Program-made: the position numbers and the translations under genes
Notes under the pieces: generated by a model
Databases searched by the model: none
Told to the model about the DNA's origin: nothing
What the model saw: the letters and a program-made list of their open reading frames with translations, nothing else
Part shown: in pieces, positions 10,082 through 17,760 of the stretch
Layout: each line of letters begins with the position of its first letter
Position numbering within the stretch: position 1 is the stretch's first letter
Source of the DNA: Trichodesmium erythraeum IMS101
GTDB lineage: Bacteria; Cyanobacteriota; Cyanobacteriia; Cyanobacteriales; Microcoleaceae
DNA length: 32,000 nucleotides
Assembly (NCBI RefSeq): GCF_000014265.1
Contig: NC_008312.1
Coordinates: 870,001 to 902,000 of the forward strand
Direction of reading: 5' to 3'

Positions 10082-11080
10082 ATGAAAGCTTTTGAAGTTA
10101 GAGAATTTGGCAACTTAGTTTGTACTGAAAGACCACAACCAGAACCAAAATTTGGAGAAGTTTTAGTGAAAGTTAAAGCTGTCTCCCTTAACTATCGAGA
10201 TATTTTAATGGTTAAAGGTGCTTACAACCCCCATCTACCTCTACCTGTTATTCCATGCTCTGATGGAGTTGGAGAGGTTGTGTCAGTGGGGGAAGGTGTC
10301 ACTAAAGTGAAACCTGGAGATAGAGTTGCTAGCATTTTTATGCAGAAATGGTTATCTGGTAACTTGACTAGAGAAGCAGCCAGGTCAGCTTTGGGTGGTG
10401 AAATTGACGGAATGTTAGCAGAATATGTAATTTTGTCGGAAGATGGAGTGGTAAATATTCCATCTTACTTATCTGATATAGAAGCAGCTACTTTACCTTG
10501 TGCGGCAGTAACAGCTTGGCACGCTTTAATAGAAGCTGGTTTAAAACCAGGGGAAACAGTATTAGTAATGGGAACAGGTGGAGTTTCCTTATTTGCCTTA
10601 CAGTTTGCAGTGATGGCAGGAGCACGAGTCATCGCAACTTCCAGTAGTGATGAAAAATTAGCGCGGGTGAAACAGTTGGGTGCATCTGATATGATTAATT
10701 ATAAATCTGTACCTAAATGGGAAAAACAAGTGTTAGCCTTGACTGAGGGCACTGGAGTTGACTATGTTGTGGAAGTTGGTGGAGCCAAGACTTTGAGTCA
10801 GTCTTTAAAAGCAGTAAAGATAGGAGGTCAAATAAGTTTAATAGGTATATTGGCAGGAGCGCAAGCAGAATTTAATATTTTACCTGCACTCATGAAAGAA
10901 GTTCGGATACATGGTATTTTTGTGGGTTCCCGTCAAATGTTTGAAGCGATGAATAGGGCGATAGATCTTTCTCAGTTGCATCCGGTCTGTGATCGCATTT
11001 TTCCATTTGAGTCAGCTCCAGAAGCACTAAGTTATATGGAAATAGGTTCCCATTTTGGTAAAATTACAATTCAATTTTAG
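10082..11080 (+). CDS. Medium-chain dehydrogenase/reductase, NADPH:quinone-oxidoreductase-like
   Basis: GroES-like N-domain ('GEVLVKVKAVSLNYRD', 'PGDRV') followed by a Rossmann motif 'GTGGVSLFALQFA'. The GHE zinc ligand pattern is absent ('CSDGVGEV'). ATG 10082 is preceded by GGAGA and is preferred over the tracked TTG-frame start at 10052. Confidence 0.85.
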   Translation: MKAFEVREFGNLVCTERPQPEPKFGEVLVKVKAVSLNYRDILMVKGAYNPHLPLPVIPCSDGVGEVVSVGEGVTKVKPGDRVASIFMQKWLSGNLTREAARSALGGEIDGMLAEYVILSEDGVVNIPSYLSDIEAATLPCAAVTAWHALIEAGLKPGETVLVMGTGGVSLFALQFAVMAGARVIATSSSDEKLARVKQLGASDMINYKSVPKWEKQVLALTEGTGVDYVVEVGGAKTLSQSLKAVKIGGQISLIGILAGAQAEFNILPALMKEVRIHGIFVGSRQMFEAMNRAIDLSQLHPVCDRIFPFESAPEALSYMEIGSHFGKITIQF

Positions 11081-11100
11081 TTTTTGATCAGGAGGTAAAG

Positions 11101-12081
11101 ATGAAAGCATTAGTTTTAGAAAAACCGGGAATTCCTGATAGTTTATATATTACAGAAATACCTTTACCACAACCGGCAGCAGGGGAAATACGGGTACAAG
11201 TTCATGCTGTCGGACTAAACCCTGTTGACTACAAACTTGCTGCTGGGGGTTTTTCAACATGGAGTTATCCATTTATTTTGGGGTTAGATGTGGCAGGGGT
11301 TGTGGATGCTGTCGGTACTGATGTGACTGAATGGCAGGTTGGAGAGCAGGTTTATTATCATGGAAATTTATCTAAACCAGGAGCTTATGCAGAATATACT
11401 AATGCTAACGCTTTAGCAGTTGCTCCACTTCCAGAGGGTATTTCTTTTACAAAAGCTGCTGCTATTCCTTGTGCTGGTTTCACTGCTTACCATGCTTTGC
11501 ATCACCGTTTGCATATTCAATCAAAACAAACTATTTTAATTCATGGTGGTGCTGGTGGAGTTGGTAGTTTTGCCCTCCAGTTAGCATCTTTGGCAGGTTT
11601 GGAGGTGATTACAACTTGTTCTCAGAGTAATTTTGATTATGTGCAAAAGTTGGGAGCAAAGCATTTAATTGATTATAAAAATCAGGATGTAGTTATAAGA
11701 GTCAAGGAAATTACTAACGACCGTGGTGTTGATGCTATTTTAGATACGGTTGGTTCGGAAACTGCAACAACAGGTTTGAAAATGTTGGCATTTAATGGTG
11801 GAATTGCTTGTATTGCTGCTTTGCCTGATTTTAGTAATTTCAAATCTTTTAGTCTTGCTGCTTCTATCCATCAAATTGCTTTAGGAGGTGCTTATTTATC
11901 TGGGGATAAAAAAGCGATTCAAGATTTAGGAAAAATGGGGAGAGAAATGGGAGAATTAGTAAGAGAAAAGAAAGTTAGTCCGATGTTAACTGAAGTAATT
12001 AGTTTGGAGGAAATACCGAAAGCATTAAATCGTTTGAAAGGTCGTCATGTAAGAGGAAAAATAGTTGCTGAAATTCGATAA
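11101..12081 (+). CDS. Second medium-chain dehydrogenase/reductase, quinone-oxidoreductase-like paralogue
   Basis: 'GEIRVQVHAVGLNPVDYK', a Rossmann motif 'GGAGGVGSFALQLA', and the C-terminal 'GRHVRGKIV' typical of zeta-crystallin-like MDRs. A perfect AGGAGG sits at 11090-11095, 5 nt before the ATG, and the gene starts 20 nt after the previous stop, so an operon is likely. Confidence 0.85.
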   Translation: MKALVLEKPGIPDSLYITEIPLPQPAAGEIRVQVHAVGLNPVDYKLAAGGFSTWSYPFILGLDVAGVVDAVGTDVTEWQVGEQVYYHGNLSKPGAYAEYTNANALAVAPLPEGISFTKAAAIPCAGFTAYHALHHRLHIQSKQTILIHGGAGGVGSFALQLASLAGLEVITTCSQSNFDYVQKLGAKHLIDYKNQDVVIRVKEITNDRGVDAILDTVGSETATTGLKMLAFNGGIACIAALPDFSNFKSFSLAASIHQIALGGAYLSGDKKAIQDLGKMGREMGELVREKKVSPMLTEVISLEEIPKALNRLKGRHVRGKIVAEIR

Positions 12082-12333
12082 TGTCAGGTTTTATTAAGTG
12101 TTGATCAGAAAAAAATTGCACTTCTAGGCTTAGTTGTTCGCATTAGTATTGGGAAGTATCGAACGTTTGCCCAGCCTCTCTGTTTCCCTACCCGACATAT
12201 TTGTGAAGTATTTCGTTAGAAAAAGACTAAGCCTAGCAGCAGCAAACAAGAGAAAGCCCGAATCTGCTAAAATTAAATCGAAACCTTAATTACCAGGACA
12301 AAAACAATAGTAACAGTTCCCAAACTAGATAAA

Positions 12334-12740
12334 ATGATTCCCCAAGAATACCTTGACTGGGAGGAGAAACAACCGATTAAATATGGATATATGAACAGTC
12401 AGGTTTTGGCTATGACTGGGGGAACTATTCCTTATAATGAGATTAGTCTTAATTTGGCGACGGCCTTAAAAGCTCAGATGCGGGGTAAAGGGTGTAAAGT
12501 ATTAATGGCGGATGCCAAACTGGGAGTATCAGGAAAAAGGCCTTTTTATTATCCTGATGTCATGGTAACTTGCGATCAAAGAGACCGACGTGCTACTAAA
12601 ATTATTTATCATCCTTGCTTAGTAGTAGAGGATTTTGTCTTGGAGGAAGTAGGGGAATACTAGAGTATGGGAAATTTAGGGGTTTTCTATACAATGTCTG
12701 TACTGAGTTCATTAATCTGAAAACTGCTGCATAATAACTA
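12334..12740 (+). pseudogene. Uma2-family (DUF820) endonuclease relic, frameshifted and truncated
   Basis: The first ~98 codons follow the Uma2 pattern ('EYLDWEEKQPIKYGYMNSQVLAMTGG...NLATALKAQMRGKGCKVLMADAKL...YYPDVMVTCDQRD...HPCLVVE'). The frame then ends at 109 aa, against ~190 aa as I recall for intact members of this family. Family-like residues ('EYGKFRGF...TEFINL') continue in the +1 frame to about 12735. Confidence 0.6.
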
Positions 12741-12851
12741 TAAAAATTGAGAAAATTTTGCCCTGGCTCCAATCTAAAACATTATGGAAAATTATAGTGA
12801 CATATGTCTTCCAAACACCCAGTTTCTTAATAATGAGCCAAAGCAATTAGA

Positions 12852-13628
12852 TTACTTGCGCTGCAGTCGGGAACCTACAAATAATGCGCCTACAGATAGT
12901 AACCCTAGAGTCATTCCTGGTTCTGGAACTGCTGTTCCATCTGCCTCAGAGGTAGCTCCCCAGATTTCTTGAGAATTCAAGCCAGGAATTTTCCTGACGA
13001 AAGTTCCAACACCAGTTCCTAGATCAAGTTCAAGTTGGTCTTGATTTGCAGTATAGCCAAATAGGGATCCATCATCACCAAAAGCAAGACCATAAACTCC
13101 TCCGTATCCAATATCACCAATTTTTGTGCCTACACCATCTCGTGTAATACTCCATAGTGAATCGCCAACAGAGGTTGCCCAAAAAATATCGCGAGCCGCA
13201 TCAAAAACAATATCCCCACTACTGGAAAAACCTGAGTTGGAAGATATACGCGATGCTCTTCCCGAGCTAGTGTCAATAGAGTAGAAACTGGAACCCCCTG
13301 TGCCATAAAGCTTGCCATCATTGCTAAAACCTAGAGCATTAAGGCTTTTTCCTTTTCCTAAACGACCAACGTAGTTATTTGTTCCTGAATCTAAATCTAC
13401 TGAATATAGTTTATTGAAAGTAATACCGAAGAGTTGCTCCGAAGGCGAGAGAGCAATATCAGTAAAAGTTGGAGTTGATGCTAGCTGAGTGTAAGATCCA
13501 GTTAAGTCATCGAATGCGCCAATCTGATTATCGTTAGTTGACACATAGAAAGTCCCAGCTTGAGCAGAGGTTGTCAGTGCAGATGTAGCTGCGACACTTA
13601 ATAGTAGACAAGACAGTAGTTTTTTCAT
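12852..13628 (-). CDS. PEP-CTERM sorting-domain secreted protein with a beta-propeller-like repeat body
   Basis: N-terminal signal peptide 'MKKLLSCLLLSVAATSALTTSAQA'. The C-terminus 'VPEPGMTLGLLSVGALFVGSRLQRK' shows PEP motif, TM helix and basic tail. Internal repeats have the form 'LFG/LYG..(x)..LYS(I/V)D..(S/T)G'. Confidence 0.8.
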   Translation of the reverse strand: MKKLLSCLLLSVAATSALTTSAQAGTFYVSTNDNQIGAFDDLTGSYTQLASTPTFTDIALSPSEQLFGITFNKLYSVDLDSGTNNYVGRLGKGKSLNALGFSNDGKLYGTGGSSFYSIDTSSGRASRISSNSGFSSSGDIVFDAARDIFWATSVGDSLWSITRDGVGTKIGDIGYGGVYGLAFGDDGSLFGYTANQDQLELDLGTGVGTFVRKIPGLNSQEIWGATSEADGTAVPEPGMTLGLLSVGALFVGSRLQRK

Positions 13629-14920
13629 ATCTTTATTAATTATGTTAATACTTCAAACGTTTGCATTTGAGTTATTGCTCCGCCACAGACCGATAGTTCA
13701 GCCCAACTTCAAAACATGAGTTCCTAAATTGGGTCTGTTGGACTCTGCTTGAGAATTATTCAAAATACCACTCAGGAAAATTGTTATATGTATGCAAGCA
13801 TTGCACAAAGTTTTTGTAAATCCTTCTGTTTGACGTTTTTATTGTCTATCCAATAGCGCAAACAGCTATTTAACCATGAATTGACCTGTAAGAATCATTT
13901 CATCTAAAACTTTGTATTGATTTTGGGTGCCTTTTAATTTAGCCTCAATTACTAGCAAAGCTTTTCTTGATTTTTTTATTTTTATTATAACTAAATTTAA
14001 CCAAAATGTCTACTGGATAAACTATTAAGATTTGTATATAATTATTGATGTGATAATTATATACTTACCATTCATCTCTGCACGCACATCACGCGCTAAC
14101 CTTCTGGTGATTTCAAAGCAAAAAGTAAAAATTTACAAACCCTATTGAAATCGCAAATATCTTATGACATAAGCATTTCTGAGCAAAGCAGTTATAGTAG
14201 ATCAACTTATAAATAACCAGGAATTTCAGGAATTACACGTAGCAGTGCCTAAAAAGTTGAACTTTTCAATTTAAGTTAAATTATTTACTTATAAACCATA
14301 CCTTAACAGTTTGATTGAATGTAGACGTAATTAAAAGATTAAAAAAATCCACTTTCTCAGGTGTTTTGCTTGAGAGATAGAGAAAAACATTTTGTTCCAC
14401 TAACTTTTGACCAAGTAACTGCTAAGAAATGTCTAATATTTATCAACTGTATTTTTCCTGAGAGTAAATGTAGTAAAGATTTTAGTTCTGGGATTTGTAT
14501 TTAAAATAAAAACATTGGTGTTATCTTTACCTCTTGGTACAGGGTAAACTCATCTAATTGACTTATTCTTATATAATACAGCAATTAACATATTACATAA
14601 AGGATTAAAGGAGGTGGGCATTATCTTGTCTGCTTGTGGAGGCGTAAGACATTAGCCAGTCTATGAAAAAATAAACTTCAGCAAACGACGTAGAAATTGT
14701 CTCTGTTTTAGAAGCTCCCGTTATCATCTCTGATTTAACCGGAGAGAGCTTCACTAGTTCAAGATTTAAATCAAGTATTAATTTGATAAATGTGGTTGGG
14801 CAAGACCTATCAATACCTGTAGATGACTAGCCATAGACCGTATAAGGTTCAACAGGAAGTCAACATCAGATTGTCAAGAGCTATACGACCCTTTGTCTCA
14901 GTTTTAGAGAGCAGTAGTTT

Positions 14921-16705
14921 ATGCATTTAATTGATTATATTATCGTCGGGTTATACCTGTTCGCAATTGTTCTGTTTGGCATATTTCTCCAGCGAAAAGC
15001 CTCCGCTGGTATAGACTCTTATTTTCTGGGTGATCGGAATATGCCTTGGTGGGTATTGGGAGCTTCCGGAATGGCTTCCAATACAGACATTGCCGGAACA
15101 ATGTTGATAACGGCTTTAGTCTACGCCTTGGGAACAAAGGGATTTTTTTTGGAACTCCGGGGTGGCATTGCCTTAATTCTAGCAATGTTCATGATTTTTA
15201 TGGGCAAATGGAATCGTCGAGCCCAAGTTATGACCTTAGCAGAGTGGATGCATTTACGTTTTGGAGTCGGACGAGAAGGAAATATCGCCCGCATAGTTAG
15301 TGCCATTGCTGCTATTATCTTGACCATTGGTAGAATTAGTTATTTTGCCATAGGTGGGGGCAAATTCTTAGGAGAATTTATCGCGGTCGATGCGCGCCTC
15401 GCCTCAATTATCATTATCTTCCTGGCATTGATCTACACTGTTATCAGTGGTTTTTATGGGGTAGTCTTAACAGACCTATTTCAGGGAGTATTGATTTTTT
15501 TTGCCATCATCTATATCTGCGCGATCGCCATCCAACTGCCCCCTCTCCCCGAAACATTTGCTATCTCTATTCCAGGCACTAATCAATTGCAGGAGTGGAA
15601 TTTTAGGGAGTGGAGTAGTATATTCCCCTCCATGAAAGTAGACTTGCCAGGAGACTATGGCCGTTTCAACTTATTCGGCGCTATCCTTTGCTTCTATCTA
15701 CTGAAGGTATTAATGGAAGGGTTTGGGGGTATCGGTGGTTATATGATGCAGCGATACTTTGCTGCCAAAAGCGATCGGGAAGTGGGGTTAATGTCCCTGT
15801 GGTGGATCTTTTTGCTTTCCTTTCGCTGGCCTTTAGTAACAGCTTTTGCAATCCTGGGCATTAATTACGGCATTACTAACCAAGTAATTTCTGACCCAGA
15901 ACTGGTCTTACCAACAGTCATTGCTACTTACCTACCAGTAGGAATTAAAGGATTGATATTAGCTTGTTTTATTGCCGCCGGAATGTCTACTTTTGACTCC
16001 CTAATTAATGGTGGTGCTGCTTACTGGGTGAAAGATATTTATCAAGCTTACCTTGATCCCCTAGCTGATAACCGCAAACTGATGTTTCAAAGTCGTTGGG
16101 CATCGGTAATCATAGCTATGGTAGGATTACTATTTAGCTTCAGTATCTCCAATATCAATGAAATTTGGGGATGGTTGACTTTGGGACTGGGCACAGGTCT
16201 GGCGGTTCCTCTGCTGTTAAGATGGTATTGGTGGCGGTTTAATGGCTATGGATTCGCTACGGGTATTGCCGCTGGCATGATAGCCGCAATTATTACTAAG
16301 GCCATCGTCTTACCTTCTTTACTGGATCTGCAAATTGCCGAATTTATCCAATTTCTAATTCCTAGTAGTTGTTCTTTAGCAGGATGCATTGTTGGAACTC
16401 TGTTAACTCCAGCAACAGAAAGGTTAGTCCTGGAGAATTTCTATACTATCACTCGCCCCTTTGGTTTCTGGAAGCAGATCGCCACTAATGTGCCCCATTA
16501 TCTCAGGGAAAAAATCACACTAGAGAACCAACAGGATTTGCTGGCAACTGCGATCGCAATTCCTTGGCAAATAGTTTTGTGCCTTACCGGAATTATGTTT
16601 GTGATGAAACGTTGGGATAATTTCAAAATTCTATGTTTTTTATTGATTATACTTTCTATCTGTTTATACTTTGCCTGGTACAGATATCTAAAAGTTAAAA
16701 ATTGA
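14921..16705 (+). CDS. Sodium:solute symporter family (SSF) transporter, substrate unknown
   Basis: 594 aa with about 13-14 hydrophobic helices. The N-terminus is SSF-typical ('DYIIVGLYLFAIVLFGIFLQRKASAGIDSYFLGDRNMPWW'), and 'QRYFAAKSDRE' matches the conserved SSF 'QR(y/f)..ak' block. Confidence 0.85.
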   Translation: MHLIDYIIVGLYLFAIVLFGIFLQRKASAGIDSYFLGDRNMPWWVLGASGMASNTDIAGTMLITALVYALGTKGFFLELRGGIALILAMFMIFMGKWNRRAQVMTLAEWMHLRFGVGREGNIARIVSAIAAIILTIGRISYFAIGGGKFLGEFIAVDARLASIIIIFLALIYTVISGFYGVVLTDLFQGVLIFFAIIYICAIAIQLPPLPETFAISIPGTNQLQEWNFREWSSIFPSMKVDLPGDYGRFNLFGAILCFYLLKVLMEGFGGIGGYMMQRYFAAKSDREVGLMSLWWIFLLSFRWPLVTAFAILGINYGITNQVISDPELVLPTVIATYLPVGIKGLILACFIAAGMSTFDSLINGGAAYWVKDIYQAYLDPLADNRKLMFQSRWASVIIAMVGLLFSFSISNINEIWGWLTLGLGTGLAVPLLLRWYWWRFNGYGFATGIAAGMIAAIITKAIVLPSLLDLQIAEFIQFLIPSSCSLAGCIVGTLLTPATERLVLENFYTITRPFGFWKQIATNVPHYLREKITLENQQDLLATAIAIPWQIVLCLTGIMFVMKRWDNFKILCFLLIILSICLYFAWYRYLKVKN

Positions 16706-16747
16706 GAATTGTCCCATTTTGAATTTGCCAGGCGATCGCTTTCACTA

Positions 16748-16836
16748 GATCAGGACTTACCTACACAGATCAAAATATACACTATCTATAGTGGGTTGAC
16801 AGCGGCTACTAGATAATTGGTTCTGTGTAAGTCCTG
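16748..16836. repeat. Inverted pair of a short dispersed repeat (CAGGACTTAC..ACACAG / CTGTGTAAGTCCTG)
   Basis: 16751-16768 'caggacttacctacacag' is the reverse complement of 16823-16836 'ctgtgtaagtcctg' except for a 4-nt insertion. A third copy, 'gtgtaagtcctgatca', lies at 3848-3863. Confidence 0.6.
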
Positions 16837-17568
16837 TATGAATATTATTTAAATGCTTATGATCAAAAATTGGCACTTCCAAGTTGGGCTTCGTTTTCAT
16901 GTACAACCTACAATATTATAATGTGGTTGTTCCTGGGAACTTTTCCCCCATGACTTCCCACAGGCCTTGACTGTGTATGGTGGTTTACCAAAAATGGCAG
17001 GAGTCTTTGACTCTAGCAAGGAATTTACCATAGCCGATGGGCTAATGTCTGCCAACAAGAGGGACGAAACCCAGAACCCACAGGGGGGATAGTTGATAGC
17101 CAATCAGTAAAAACAACGGAGAAAGGAGGGGCAGAGGGGAGCTTTCATGGAAGCCAAAGGTCAAAACGCGGAAATGCTACATCCTAGTGTAAACCTTGAG
17201 ACTGGTATTAGTGGTGCTGGTTCATGTTGCCAATATATCAGATGTCACAGCTGGGAGGATATTGCTAGCAGAATTTAGTCTGTCAGTTCCAACTCTAAAA
17301 AAGGTTTGAGCTGAACGAGGTTATAGAGGCCAGGGGTTGTAGCAAGCCGCGGATGGATGGGAGCTTCATCAGGGGGTGGTTGAAGGTTATCAAAAAAGTT
17401 TTGGGTTTGAACTTTGAGGTTGGGTGGTGGAGAGAACTTTAGGTATGCTCGGACGCCAAAGACGACTTAGTAAAGATTAGGAGGGTTTAACGGAAGTAAG
17501 TGAATCTGTTGTTTATATAGCCATGATTTTACTGATGTTAAATTGTCTTGTCCCTTAAGGTTTTATTT
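16800..17568 (+). mobile_element. Decayed IS5-family (DDE_Tnp_1) transposase relic with multiple stops and frameshifts
   Basis: Frame-hopping translation gives 'GLRFHVQPTIL*CGCSWELFPHDFPQALTVYGGLPKMAGVFD...NPQGG', then 'GIVDSQSVKTTEKGG', then 'GKPKVKTRKCYILV*TLRLVLVVLVHVANISD', and finally 'ERTLGMLGRQRRLSKD*EGLTEVSESVVYIAMILLMLNCL'. These match the IS5-family pattern as I recall it (GCxWRxLPxDFPPWxTVYxYF / IIDSQSVKT / ERTFAWL..RRLSKDYE). No intact ORF remains and the element ends are not defined. Confidence 0.75.
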
Positions 17569-17760
17569 ACAGATATCCTCTTACAATAATTCTTTAACGA
17601 ATGAATAAGTTGGTGTTGAAGCTAGGAAAAAAAAAGGAGATTTTGAAACCCAACCCTTAAAGTTTATTGAGGATATGTGCTATAAAACTAATTGAAGTTA
17701 ATTTTATGGTTGACTTTAAAGGAGATCTATTAAATAGATGCTAAATTTGTCGTTTCAAGA

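Noticed and set aside
12784-13321. ORFs 12784-12972 (+) and 13130-13321 (-) overlapping the PEP-CTERM gene
   Set aside because: They overlap, on the opposite strand or out of frame, a gene with a clear signal peptide and sorting signal. They have no recognisable features.
14600-14920. Looked for a known riboswitch upstream of the sodium:solute symporter
   Set aside because: I could not align any consensus core I know (TPP, cobalamin B12-box, glutamine, guanidine-I, ydaO). Only a generic hairpin is present, and it is reported separately at low interest.
14940-15327. Three short ORFs (81, 84 and 68 aa) overlapping the 5' end of the symporter gene
   Set aside because: They are nested within a 594-aa transporter ORF that has family motifs, and their translations are not protein-like.
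16897-17103. 68-aa minus-strand ORF
   Set aside because: It lies inside the IS5 transposase relic, whose coding sense is the plus strand. It is a chance open frame.
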